Part shown: positions 12,334-23,888 of the stretch, in pieces | How positions within the stretch are numbered: position 1 is the stretch's first letter | How the letters are laid out: every line of letters starts with the position of its first letter | From: a virus | Lineage: Duplodnaviria > Caudoviricetes | Strand: one strand, 5' to 3' | Length of the DNA: 64,000 nt | Virus record (IMG/VR): IMGVR_UViG_3300035497_000258 | Location: 46,347 to 110,346 of that record | Notes under the pieces: generated by a model | Told to the model about the DNA's origin: nothing | The model's database searches: none | What the model saw: the letters and a program-made list of their open reading frames with translations, nothing else | Program-made: the position numbers and the translations under genes

Positions 12334-13236
12334 TTACACCACCTCCTCATAAAAACACCACTTTAATTTTTCTCCAGTTTCTGGGTGAATACCAGCTGTT
12401 TCTTTTTTACCTAAGCAACAAGCTTTAATGCTTTTTCCAGTATCGAATAGACTAGACCATTTAGCAGCAGAAAGCATAGAATTAAAGATCTAATTAGTAT
12501 TTATACAAATAACCTTTATACTACGTTTATCTTTATACTATCTTGTGTCTATATTTTCTACATCGTTAATATAAATCCAATGTAACGGTATCCCAGATTC
12601 AGGATGTTTGCCAGAGCTTTTTCGCTCACCCCTGCAGCATTGCCCTATTCCAGAAACACTTTTAAGACCGCACCAATTAGCGGCCTCTTTTATTGTTGTA
12701 AAAATTTTTCCAGTCTCTAAATTTTTAACAATTTTACTATTTGGATTTTTATCTCCTTGACATTCTTTAATGCGTTTCTCTCTTTTAATAGGATCATTCC
12801 AGAAATTTTTTACTCCTCGCTATAAATTTTCTTCAGCTTTTTGAGCGAATTCTTTATTAGACCAAGATTTCTTTCTAGCCTCAGAGAAGCTTTTACTCAT
12901 TTTCGCTTTATATTCTGGATTTTTCCACATCTATTCCATATAATTATTTCCACCAGGAGTTAAATTATATCCTTTATCAGAGTTAAAACTATCATAATAA
13001 GCAATCCAATAAACTTCTCGTTCGTTGGCTTCTTGAAAAGTTAAATTATCTTCAATAATTTCATGCGAAAAATTTTCCCATCCATACTTCTAAATTGCTT
13101 TCCAAAATAAAGTGCATCCTTTATAATAAATACCATTACAGCTAAATCGCTATTTAATATTTTGTGTCTAGCCTATATAGATTTTCCCGTTAGTTAAATT
13201 AGTATGTTTATATATACAATATTTCTTTTCTTCCAT
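12334..13236 (-). CDS. Free-standing GIY-YIG homing endonuclease with NUMOD-like C-terminal repeats (300 aa, TAG-recoded)
   Basis: YCIYKHTNLTNGKIYIG*T...AI*KYGWENFSHEII...ANEREVYWI...GYNLTPGG; two C-terminal AGKHPESG/AGIHPETG repeats. Confidence 0.85.
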
Positions 13237-13323
13237 AAGGATTTATACCTCTATTTTCTTATAAAGTTCTCTTTATTAGTTATAAAAAATCAACTAATTG
13301 TATTAAATAAATCTGTCCTAGTC

Positions 13324-15973
13324 TTAGTTAAAGAACATCCAATCTTTAGCGTTAAATCTCTTTTTTCTTTTGACGTTATCTTCTTCTTGTCTAATATAAT
13401 ATAATCCATAACATAAAGCAGAAAATTTATCTTTTTTAATTGATTTACTTGATTGTTTTAATATAATATTTATACCTTCACGCTCTTCATAAAGATTAAG
13501 TAATTCTTCCTTTAATGTAGAGGTTAAAGTAAATGGCATAAGGTATTCCTCACGCTTTTCAGGAGTCATATTCTAGCCAACCTTAGTACCCATTAGTTTG
13601 TTTTTAGCCAATCTAGGTTCAATAAGGAATTTTAATCTACCACTATTAAGCGCAGACTAGACTGTAGAATATGCTTCTGTATTGATAGGAGCATTAGCTT
13701 TAATAATATAAATTGCTCCATCTTCCGTGTCGTTAGTTCTGAACTTTTTATAAAAACCTTCTTTATCATTATAGATACCAAAAGGAGGTAAAACCTCACC
13801 TTCATGTGTTAGCTAGGCCTTTACCATATAATCTAGAAGTCCAATGCCTACATTACATTCTATATAAAACGCTACTCTTATATACGTTCTCTCATGAACT
13901 GCTTGCGGTTTCCCGCAAGATTAGACCATATCATCTTCTCATTGAGAAGCTTTCCGCTTCCACTATCAATAGCTTATAGTGTACTCTCTTTCGAGATGGT
14001 CGTTGAACTTTTTCCTTTAAAAAGGAACTTAGCTGCTGATTAGCATATCTTTCGACTTAGCTTTCCAGCAATTCAAAAAGTTTGCTTATGCTGTCGCCAA
14101 CATAAGGGGCTAAACATTTAACCCGTTGCCATCTATCACAACACGTCTAGCATTATATTTATAAAAAGTCTCCTTGATTTTAATTGCCTAATCTTCGAAG
14201 TGTCCATCTTCTATAGTGTAAATATTAACTAAAGATTTAACAGATTCTCCTTGCGCGTGCGGCGTTACCTTGAAGACCAAGATCTCGCTATTACACCCCT
14301 TACGACCTACATCGACCGCAAGTATATAATATTGACCTTTTGTTGACTTAATAGTTGCTTCATATTCAGGTTTTTGTAATGTACGGTTAGCGTCAAAGCG
14401 CTCACCATCGAAGAAAGCACCCTCCGCAGTTCCAGTCCACTAGCTGCCCAATTATCTTAAATACTAGTCGAATTATTCTAGTATCCATATACTGCTTTAT
14501 CTTTCGATAAAGTTGAGACTATATCATTATTTAAATATATTTAAATATTTTGCACTTCGATTTAAGGGGTTTTCACCCACGCCATTATATTCTTGCGCCC
14601 TACTCCTATTGTCTTTATGACCTATGGGATAGTCGTTGAACTTTTCTCTATTCGAGACTTAGCTGCTGATTACCCAATTTGCTTAATTTTCAAACATTCG
14701 CACTTAAGTTTATTTCATCTTTATGCTGTAGTTTAAGCAACTCTAAGGGCCTTCCAGCAATTCACAAAATTTATAGAGTACAGTCTTTTATACTCTCGGT
14801 CGAAGGAAGCTTCATCGAAAGTTCCCTCTCTCTTTAAATCACTGACGAAATCCTTATTAAGCATCCCTGCAAGCACAGGAACTCTATAAGTACCACCTAA
14901 TATGAAAGCTTTTTCAGGTTCTACTATCATCTAAACAAGAGTAGTGATAAGTTTTTGGTAAGCGAAACTACCCTTATAACCTGCGGTCGTTATATATAAC
15001 TAAGCCTAGTTTAAAACTTCATCCTAGTCCTATGAGCCATCTGCCCGCAATCGCGCAACGTTCATTGTAGGAATTAGAACTTCTTGTAGAATTTTACCAT
15101 CCATACTAGCACATTCCTCTAATACCCCAGCGTTACGACGTTTACCTCTTGTCCGCTCATTTGCCGCAAGGTTATCTATAAATGATTTATTTTTAAACCT
15201 GTATATACAGTAGTCTTTACTCTCTTTTGTTTTACCTGGTCGTCTATCAATCTCGTTATCAAATGCAGGAATCATTCGACATATTTCATCCATTTTTTCT
15301 TGCAGGATTCCAGCGCTCTGTTGTTTGCCTCCTGCGGAAGTAAATAGTTTAGCATTTGGATACAATATAGCTCGTATTATAAGGATTAAAACCGAGAGGA
15401 ATGATTTACTATCATTGTATTCTAATAAGTGCGCAACTACTTATTACGTTCTCTTATGAACTGCTTACGGTTTCCCGCAAGATTAGACTATATCTTCATC
15501 TCATTTAAATAAATGAGAGTTCCCTATTTCGATTTAAGGGATTTTCACCCACCCCGTTAGCTTGGGCCCTACTCCTATTGCTCCTATTTCCGCGGGAGCT
15601 AAAGGATAGTCGTTGAAGCTTATTTCGTTGCCTGCGGATTCCCATGCTTAGAAGCGCACAAAATCTAAGTTTAGGGTTCCCGCAATTAAAGGAATTAGGG
15701 CAATATCATTCACCCACGCGGATAGACGCAATACACATAGCGATATCGCATTGCGACTCTTAAAAATACTCTCTAATAAAACTAGAGTTCAAGTTCTTTC
15801 TTTCTTGTATCATCTCTACCAGTTTGCATGAAATCCACAAATATATCTGGATACATCCTCCACTAAGCTACATACTATCCAGCAATAGGAAGAATAGCTT
15901 TAACTCGCTCTTCTGATAGACCAATTTTATTTCCTCTAGCTTGAGAAAGATTTAATAAGTCTTGGAGTGCCAT
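13324..15973 (-). CDS. terL: Terminase large subunit; exons 15973-15712, 15412-14790, 14448-14121, 13850-13324 (~579 aa, TAG-recoded)
   Basis: Spliced product has Walker A-like PRG|YSKSF, RGKRRNAGVLEE (Walker B), YITTAG, AVDVGR and VIDGNG|LGIG nuclease motifs, and KDKFSA; exon lengths keep the frame. Confidence 0.88.
13851..14120 (-). ncRNA. Group I intron 3 of terL (270 nt, ORF-less)
   Basis: Exon ends GGGU; terminal G; AATTGCTGGAAA, AATCAGCAGCTAAG, GTTCAACGACCA, GATATGGTCTAATC cores; splicing gives DGNG-L-GIG. Confidence 0.88.
14449..14789 (-). ncRNA. Group I intron 2 of terL (341 nt, ORF-less)
   Basis: Exon ends GAGUAU and pairs with intron GUACUC; terminal G; cores AATTGCTGGAA, AATCAGCAGCTAAG, GTTCAACGACTA, GATATAGTCT; splicing gives FDREY|GS*WTG. 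Confidence 0.88.
15413..15711 (-). ncRNA. Group I intron 1 of terL (299 nt, ORF-less)
   Basis: Interrupts the Walker A Tyr codon (T|AT); cores AATTGCGGGAA, AATCCGCAGG, TTCAACGACTA, AAGATATAGTCT; terminal G. Confidence 0.88.
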
Positions 15974-17232
15974 TAAATCTCCCCCTTTATAGCTAATTCG
16001 TGAAGATACTCCATATCTTCTTCGCTCATTTTCTCTTCTTCTTCATAGAACTCTTGGAAATCTTCTGTGCGGAGCTCATGGTAAGAATCCTTGTAATCAA
16101 ACAAATGTTCTTCCGCCATAACTTCATCATTCTCGTCATAACCTAATTCGCCAGCCTCTTTAATAGTTTGCCGCTCATCTTCAAGCTGTCGAATTGCATT
16201 TTCGATAAGATTACCAAGTCCCATTTCCTCAGTAACAAGAGTATGAACGTAGTGTTGTGTATCTTCTATAACTCTATCTACTTTATCTTTAGGTTTATCG
16301 ACATAGTATTTAGGAATGTAGCCATCTTGTTCACAAAGAACAACTAACTCGCCTACTGCATCAATAAACTCGCCCTATTCCGCTTTATTCTAGACGGCGG
16401 TAAATTTCCCGCTTTTCATAAGGGTGTCATAGGCCTTGAGCATTTTCTGAAAGTTATCTATGTCTCCCGCATCTAAAAGCTAATTGGCTTTAAGGGAAGT
16501 CTTGCAGAGTTTAATTAAAGTATCTTTATGGCCGGCAGTTTGAATATCATAAGAAGCCATCATATCATTGTAGAATTGCTCTAATTGAACCCACTCGCTG
16601 GGCCGATAGCTAGTTCCCCATTTAATGCGGAGATAAGTTGTATCTTCTTCTGTTAGCCCAAGATTTTTTTCTTCTTCCAGTATTTCCTAAACAGAAGGAA
16701 AGAGTGATGATGTGCCGGAGTCGGAGCTATTAGGATCCTCTTTTCCGGAGATCGGCAGTTGGGCACTTTCTTCTTCAACTAAACTTATCCACCCAGGTGC
16801 CTTTATTAGCTCCTTGTCCTATGCGAGTTCAACCTAGATCTCATCCTCCGATAAGCCGGAATCCCGCATTGTCTATATGCGCTTTTCCTCTATTTCAGCT
16901 TCTATCCGCTCAGTATCGGCCCATCGCGCGGTCTTCCACTGCGACAGCCGCATTTTAGAGAGATATTTACCTAAGATTGTTTTTCCTGTTAGTGCCTCTA
17001 AGTCATTTTCATATTTCTTTAGAAGGCTATCCCATTGTGTTTTGATGTATGGGACATCTATTTCTTTGAGTAGAGGCTTAAAAGTCTCTGGGTCAAAGTT
17101 ATCCACAAGCATCGTCGCGCATTTTTTACACTCGTTAAGCTTGCCATTGGGATATTTTTCTAAATTATAAGAAGAGTAAAACTCAGAAGCGTTCATTGTT
17201 TGTCTGCAAGTTTTACAATAACATTGTTCCAT
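15973..17232 (-). CDS. Zn-finger-containing protein upstream of terL, candidate terminase small subunit (TAG-recoded)
   Basis: MEQCYCKTC...ECKKC; track ORFs 16873-17253 and 15973-16224 are in one frame separated only by TAGs. Confidence 0.65.
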
Positions 17233-17234
17233 TG

Positions 17235-18269
17235 TCAGCCCTTCTTTCTGCAACTTCTACAGGACTTGCAAATACTGTAGAAAGTATCTTTACTTGCATT
17301 ATTTCTTGAAAAAAAGATACTGTGGCTTGGCTTTTTTTGCCCACAACGAGAACATTTCTTAAAAGGAAGGTCTCTGTAGTGATAATACCAGATTAGATAC
17401 TCCTCTATAGCGGCGTGCGCAATTAGTTTTGGGATTTTAGTAACCCAGAGATTTGAGATGTACTCGATAGAGTATGTGGAATCGAATATTTCGCTAAGTC
17501 CTTGCTATATTTCAAGATTAGAAGCGCCATCGATCTTGCGCTCGCACACATATTTTAGTTTAGGCTCGTCCGCAAGAGCTTTGTCGCAAACTCGGTCGAA
17601 AGATTCTAAGAGATACCACATATCACCCTCGAATTTACCGTAGGCGTCTTGCCGCAACTTGGAGTAATTTTGGAGGATTGCACTTACTACTTCGGTACGT
17701 AGTAGAGATACTCCTTCTGCTGATATTTCGTAATTGGAGGGTACGGTGACGTGTTCATCAAGAGAAGGAAAAATGGACTGCGGGCGCGTCAGCTTTTTGG
17801 GGATTACAGGCTAGGTATAAGATTGCTTTATGACATACTAGTCTTTCCGCATATCTATTATTGCTTTTTTCATTATAAAAGCATCTCTGCCGCTAGCTTT
17901 CTTGATAGCGCTCTACCATTGATCTAGCGACTCCCGCAGTTGAGAGAGAAAGGGAATTGTATCTAAATCGGTTTGTGTAATTGAAATTTTAGGGGTTAGA
18001 GGTGTTTGAATATCAGAAACTAGATTGTAAATTCCATCTTCGCCATTTTCGAGAGAGGAAACTAGGCCTTCGAAGGAAGTTTCTCGTTTATTGATGGTAG
18101 CAAGACGGTTTTCAGTAAGTAGTTTACGTTGTTTCTTTTCAAAGCCGAGTATAAGATAGTCAGCAAGCTTTTCAAGATATTGAGAAGGAGGATTAGGAGT
18201 TTCTTGAAGGATTTGGTCTACTAAAGCTTTGCGCTAGTCTAAATCGGTTATTGTATAATCTAATTTTAT
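17235..18269 (-). CDS. Hypothetical protein with a C-terminal CxxC...CxxC Zn ribbon (~344 aa, TAG-recoded, apparent ATA start)
   Basis: GAGGTG RBS 7 nt before ATA AAA TTA GAT TAT; frame ends KCSRCGQKK...FYSICKSCR...TGA. Confidence 0.65.
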
Positions 18270-18989
18270 TGGGTTTCACCTCTTTTTATTTTAGTATAAC
18301 AAATTGTAAAGGGAATGTAAAAGTAAGTCGCTTCGCTTCTTACTTTTTGGGGCTTAGAAGCCGGAGCTTTGCTTTTTGAAAATTTTTTTGATAAGATTTA
18401 ATGGAAGGAAAGGAATAGGAGTTAAAAATTATTTTAAAATTAAATATTGTATTTATTAATACTGTGTTTTGAATTTAAAATTGAATATCGTGTTTTGAAA
18501 TTGAAAATTGCTTTGGGAGATTGTTTGGAGCAGGGCGGAGCCGAATTAAAAAAATAAAAAATTTTCTCCCGAATTACACCCCCGGGTACTTCGATACTTC
18601 AACCTCAAAAAAATTAGCGAGTACTACCTAACCCTCCGCTTTCAATTTTCATCTAGTTCAAAACAACCCGCCTAAATGAGACTTCATTTTTAAAATCAAT
18701 TAACATTCAAAATCGTTCAAGTCTACGCTCAAATAATAAAAGTCTTACAAAAAGTAACAAAACAATTAAAATTTAACAATAAAATACTTTGTAAGAGAAA
18801 CAAAAGAAAAAATACAAAGATACTTAAAGGTACTGAGTAGCCGCTCGACTCCACGAGGATGTACCTTCCAGAGTCTGCAGGATTGCGAGAAAAGAGGTAG
18901 AATGTTTTCTAGTTTAAATTCAAAGCTGGACTGCTACTGGAAAATTTTACAAGTAGAACCAGGTTTTGGTAAACGGCGAGCAGCTATCT

Positions 18990-19325
18990 TGTCCTTTTGC
19001 TTTAGCGCACTAAAGTTCTACAGTTTAATACGTTAAAGTCCGAATTTCTGGAAAATACTACCAATAGTGTAATTTTTTACCAATAAGCAGCCGCTCGCAC
19101 TTTAGCACACTAAAGAGCTAAAGCATTGAAGTGGCAACCACTTTAGCGCACTAAAGTGTAACAGTGTAATACACTAAAGTGCTAACGCTTTAGCGCACTA
19201 AAGCGCTAAAGAGAACTAACATACTTTGTTAATAGGTTTAGTACTTTACTACGCTAAAGATTTAAAGTGATGAAGTACGTTCAGTTTCGCACGCTAAAGT
19301 GTTACAGTGCAGTGCGCTAAAGTGC
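18990..19325. repeat. Cluster of imperfect palindromes CTTTAG-N4-CTAAAG
   Basis: Copies near 18999, 19100, 19141, 19188, 19244, 19285; more near 21163, 21342, 21419, 21546. Confidence 0.75.
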
Positions 19326-19562
19326 AGACCTTGTACTAAGTCGTGACTCACTTCCAACATTTTACAATTCTGGAGATTCGTCGAATTGCACAAAACAGAA
19401 GAAGAAACTTTGGCTCTTGTGAGATTCTACGAAATTAAGTTGATTCGATAGGTGGTATTGACGAAGGATCCAGAACTTGGTAAACCTACCAAGCGCTGGT
19501 ACGTAGATTGTGCAGGATGCACAAGAAAGACGTTGTAAACTCTTTGTTCTTTGTGCATTTTA

Positions 19563-19603
19563 CCACTTGCGGAAACGGTAGAATGATGGTATACTTTAGT
19601 CAA
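19563..19603 (+). promoter_or_regulatory. SigmaA-type early promoter, near-duplicated at 20458-20498
   Basis: CTTGCGGAAACGGTAGA(A/T)T(G/C)ATGGTATACTTTAGTCAAG occurs twice; TTGCGG...TG-GTATACT. Confidence 0.65.
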
Positions 19604-19650
19604 GCTCAAAGGAAAGAGCAAAACAATTTACTTTGAAAGGATTGAACGAC

Positions 19651-19938
19651 ATGAAAAAGGCAACGATGATTCTGGTAGCAGGTGCTATCATCGCAATGAT
19701 GGTTCTTGCAGGATGCAACGCAACGGCTTGCGACTACCACGAAGGTAACTACGGTGAAACCTACGGCTTAGATGCTTGGGTTGTTGATGAAAACCTGTGG
19801 GGTACTGAGGACGGAAACCTCTGGGGCTACGATACAGAGGGATTTAAGGAAGGCACCACCTACGTGATGATCCTGGCAGACAGCGATACACCACTAGACC
19901 AAACAGATGATGTAGTGTTTGGAGTGTATGAAGAGTAA
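19651..19938 (+). CDS. Small putative lipoprotein
   Basis: GAAAGGA RBS; MKK plus a hydrophobic stretch and an LAGC lipobox. Confidence 0.65.
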   Translation: MKKATMILVAGAIIAMMVLAGCNATACDYHEGNYGETYGLDAWVVDENLWGTEDGNLWGYDTEGFKEGTTYVMILADSDTPLDQTDDVVFGVYEE

Positions 19939-20190
19939 GCAAACAAGAGAAGGAAGAACAAAAGTTCTTCCTTTTTCTTTTGTAGTAATAGGTTACACAA
20001 GTACACGTAACTAGGTAACGTGGAAATCCAGTATTTTCCAAAACTGGTAAGATCTGGATTCAGCGCTTTGCACAATTCGACCGTGCGCATTTTGTCTATT
20101 TTGCCGCTTGTATTTCTGCTGTTTTCTGGTATAATGGAACCAAGATAAGGGAAGCGGATAACCCACTGAAACCGCAGAAAGGGATGCACT

Positions 20191-20391
20191 ATGACTAGAT
20201 ACAACAAAAGACTGAACGTGACATTCAATGTCATTGAAACAGAAGCGGAATACAAGGCAGAAGGTTTTGAGAACCATGAAATTTCCCTTGTCATGGAACA
20301 CGATAGATTGTACAACCTTGACGTGATGGGATGCACCACGCCGGGTGAAAGAGAAAGAATGTTTGAACTGGTGGAAATACTTGGATTGTAA
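20191..20391 (+). CDS. Small early hypothetical protein
   Basis: GAAAGGG RBS, own TATAAT promoter, downstream hairpin. Confidence 0.65.
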   Translation: MTRYNKRLNVTFNVIETEAEYKAEGFENHEISLVMEHDRLYNLDVMGCTTPGERERMFELVEILGL

Positions 20392-20841
20392 GGGCGAAAG
20401 CCCTTACTTTCTTTTGTAGAAATACACAATTCTAGCCTTCTGTTTTTGTGTATTTTACTACTTGCGGAAACGGTAGATTCATGGTATACTTTAGTCAAGA
20501 TAAAGAAAGGAAGTGCTCCTAATGTATGAATTTACTTTTCGTGATACCCTGACCAGTGAGATTATCATCCTCTTTGGCTATGATACCAAAGACGCATTTG
20601 AAAGAACGACTTTGGATAACAGTAACTGGAGATACAAATTTATAAGGATGGATGAAGCAGACTGAGGGGCAATGCCCCTCTTTCTTTTGGACAAACTGGC
20701 TACATGGTTACGCGTATCTAGGTAACCAGAGTTTGGCACTTTGCACAAATACAGCTTCAATTCTTTGGTTATTCTGCCTCTTGCTTTCTTTGAGAATTAT
20801 GGTATAATAAATACAGAAATTAAGAAAAGGAAGTGCTCCAA

Positions 20842-21009
20842 ATGAAAATGACGATTGAAGAATTGAGAACCGAATGGGCCGCATGGTGGGACGTTCATCC
20901 TGAAGCTGATGATATCGGCGCTATGATTTGCGGGTTTGCGGATGCTCACTCTAGTAACTTCGAAGAGTACAAGGAACTTGTCGAAGATATCTATGAGGTG
21001 TTCTACTAA
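20842..21009 (+). CDS. Small acidic hypothetical protein (55 aa)
   Basis: AAAGGAAG RBS; MKMTIEELRTEWAAWWDVHPEADD...; GAGGGCGAAAGCCCTC terminator follows. Confidence 0.6.
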   Translation: MKMTIEELRTEWAAWWDVHPEADDIGAMICGFADAHSSNFEEYKELVEDIYEVFY

Positions 21010-22144
21010 GAGGGCGAAAGCCCTCTTTCGTCATTCTGCACAAAAATAATTTTCGTCAAATTGCACAAAAAATAAATTTGTTAGATTACACAAACTTTGA
21101 ACGAGATTTTTGTGCACTTTGACCAATTACCAAAATTGGAAATTTTTGGCGACGGCGGCGCGCTTTCGACTGCTAAAGAGGAAGCGCGCCGTTTTTCCAA
21201 TTATTTACATTTATACCGGAATTTTGATTGGTAAAAGCTGGAAATAAACCATTTTCTTCCATTCCCAAAATCTTCCAAAACTGGAATTGTAACTTCCAGA
21301 AATTGGTAAGGAAAAAATTTCCAAATCTGGAAGTAGCGCCTGCTTTCGCACGCTAAAGTGCTAAATACCTATTACCTAGTAGGTAAATGGGTAATCCGCT
21401 CGAGCGGCCGGGCAACCACTTTAGCACGCTAAAGTTCTAAAGTTTAGTGTGTTAAACCTACTAACCTAGTAGGGAAGTAGCTTTTGGGTTACACAGTTAC
21501 GCGTATCTAGGTAACTAAACCTACTAACCCGGTAGGTAAGTCCGCTTTAGCAGTGTAAAGCGTAAAAGTCCGAATTTGCGCACCCCATTCCATTATACCA
21601 GATTTTTTACCCGCTGTCCATTGACAAACTAGACAAAAAATTGATCCCGAATTTGTACACTTCGACGAATCGTGATTTTGCACAAATTTTGATCCCGGTT
21701 TTTGTGCAGGTTTACTAATTATGCAGATTGCACAAAGCAGGAGGTGAAAATTCGTGTACTTTGACGGATCCGGAAATTTGCACAAAGTTTGCGGGCGCCG
21801 ATTGTGCAGGATGACGGCAACAGTTTGTCTACTGGGATCGGCTGGTAAACCTGGAAGCTAGATCCAGATTTTTTGTGCAGGCTGCACAATTTTGAGATCA
21901 AAATTTTGCTGTTATTTGTGCATTTAGGCTCTGGACAAACCAGGGGCGGCGGGTGTATAATGGGGGCACAGTTAAGGAAGGGACCCAAATCTTTGAAGGG
22001 AGAGCGGGCACGCGCACAAGGGGCCTCTTCCGGGCGGGCATAGGTCAGAATGCCCCGTGTACCTTGAAAACTGAATACCGGCATTTTCCAAAAACTACCA
22101 ACACATATGGCTTTATGGCCTGATTCAAGAAAGGATTGTTTTAC

Positions 22145-22471
22145 ATGAAAACAAGAGAACGTGTAACACTGAAGGAATATATGCGTGTTGTGGAAAACCG
22201 CCCTGATTACTGGAATATCGACAGCATTGAGGTTGTTGTCCATACTCACTACGATTGGTGGAAAAGAAAAACCCATAGATATTCCCCTTGGGAAATTCCT
22301 GCTGATTCCCACCTGTGGAATATGGAGATTCAAGCCGCCTATGTTCACCGGTTCGATGCCCCATATCTCCACTATAGGGACCTGTGCATCTACATTCTGG
22401 ATGATGTTGACCCATTCTTTCCGAACGGTAGAGGTCTGGATCTAACCATGCTCCCCATCGAATTCATCTAA
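22145..22471 (+). CDS. Early hypothetical protein
   Basis: GAAAGGATTG RBS; MKTRERVTLKEY... Confidence 0.65.
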   Translation: MKTRERVTLKEYMRVVENRPDYWNIDSIEVVVHTHYDWWKRKTHRYSPWEIPADSHLWNMEIQAAYVHRFDAPYLHYRDLCIYILDDVDPFFPNGRGLDLTMLPIEFI

Positions 22472-22545
22472 CCCCATAGGGCGCCGGGGTTTATACCCCG
22501 GCTTGCCCTGGCACCTTATCCGCTCGCTGATTCAAGAAAGAAGGT

Positions 22546-22773
22546 ATGTATATGGAATACAAATACTTCCTCTGCCAGGTGTGTGACCCTAACCCTGAAT
22601 TCCTTAAGGACGGTGACAAGTTCATAAGGGCTTATATGGTTCATCATATGCCTTATGGCGAACGACTTGAACCTAACGTTGAACTTTGGTTCATCCGCTA
22701 CGAAAGAATCCGGGAAATCACAGAAGAAGAAGCAGAAAGACTCATGGTAAAAGAAGGTCTTTACTTCCTGTAA
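22546..22773 (+). CDS. Early hypothetical protein
   Basis: ORF with RBS in the early cluster. Confidence 0.6.
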   Translation: MYMEYKYFLCQVCDPNPEFLKDGDKFIRAYMVHHMPYGERLEPNVELWFIRYERIREITEEEAERLMVKEGLYFL

Positions 22774-22829
22774 TAACAAACATATCGGCCGGGGTGAAAT
22801 TCCCCGGCCCACAAGAAAGGACGATACAC

Positions 22830-23153
22830 ATGACACTGAATGAGTACTATTCCAAGCTCTGGAACACTGAACACTACATCTCCGACATTGGCGAAACTTA
22901 CCTCGAGCTTGGCAAGTCCACTATCCCGCTGTCTATGCTTGACAGTGATGACTGCCTCTGGAACTTCCGTGTTCTGTCTGCCCGGCAGAGCGATATCTGC
23001 TCTTGCCCCGACCTGTACGTCGAAATTGCCTATGACCCCAATGAAGATATCTGGGAAGCCTTCGGTATCTGCTTCATTGATAAGCCCTACGAATATGAGG
23101 AATGGGTTGACCTCGATGAAGAATGGGTCCTCTGCGAGGAATATGCAAAGTAA
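22830..23153 (+). CDS. Early acidic hypothetical protein
   Basis: GAAAGGA RBS before ATG 22830. Confidence 0.65.
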   Translation: MTLNEYYSKLWNTEHYISDIGETYLELGKSTIPLSMLDSDDCLWNFRVLSARQSDICSCPDLYVEIAYDPNEDIWEAFGICFIDKPYEYEEWVDLDEEWVLCEEYAK

Positions 23154-23204
23154 GACACAACAACAAAAGCCGGGGCTTATTGCCCCGGCGCAACAAAAGA
23201 AAGG

Positions 23205-23420
23205 ATGATACATATGACACTGAGAATTTTCTTCCAGATCCCCGACCTTAGCGATTATGACGAAACAAGGATTCATTACACAACTGAAAGCGGCAAGGCT
23301 GTTGCACGCCTTATTGAAGAAATTCCTCCCGACTCCCCCGTTTGGGACTACCAGGTTACCGACGCCGCCCCAATCAAATGGAAATCTACAACTGAATATG
23401 AAATATTCACCATACACTAA
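23205..23420 (+). CDS. Early hypothetical protein
   Basis: GAAAGGA RBS; GGGGCC-TATAT-GGCCCC terminator follows. Confidence 0.6.
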   Translation: MIHMTLRIFFQIPDLSDYDETRIHYTTESGKAVARLIEEIPPDSPVWDYQVTDAAPIKWKSTTEYEIFTIH

Positions 23421-23639
23421 GGGGCCTATATGGCCCCTTTTCTTTTGAAAATCGCATATGTTCCTTACTCCAGCAGCGCCCCGTTGGAAAATTCTACCAA
23501 TTTGTATATGAAATTTTTCATTTCAATCCTATATGAATTTTGTACAGGTCTCTAGCCCCAAATTTGTGCACTTTGCCTCTTGCGGGGACCCCTGATTTGT
23601 GGTAAAATAGACTCAAGATAAAGAAAGGAAGTGCTTCAA

Positions 23640-23888
23640 ATGACAGCTACTTACAAAATCGAAACCACCCGCGGAACTTTCGCCTATGACCTGGATTGCG
23701 CTGATTTTCCGGCGAATATCAGAACCATTCTCCAAGCAACAGCCGGACTGGTTCCCACAGATGATACCTGGGCATATGAACTCCTGCATATGGGTATCGC
23801 AAGCTTTCAAGGTGAAAATGGATATACCCCGGTCATTTTGGAAACAGAAGAAAACAGAATTTGGACCTACCTGCCAGCTTTGGAATGA
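23640..23888 (+). CDS. Early hypothetical protein
   Basis: Own promoter and AAAGGAAG RBS. Confidence 0.6.
   Translation: MTATYKIETTRGTFAYDLDCADFPANIRTILQATAGLVPTDDTWAYELLHMGIASFQGENGYTPVILETEENRIWTYLPALE

Noticed and set aside
301-18269. Fragmented minus-strand ORFs read as a decayed prophage or pseudogenes
   Set aside because: Breaks are almost only in-frame TAG or precise introns; RBSs, frames and motifs are intact and a CUA tRNA is present.
18990-19325. CRISPR array
   Set aside because: Repeats are ~16-bp degenerate palindromes with irregular spacing; no constant repeat-spacer period and no cas genes.
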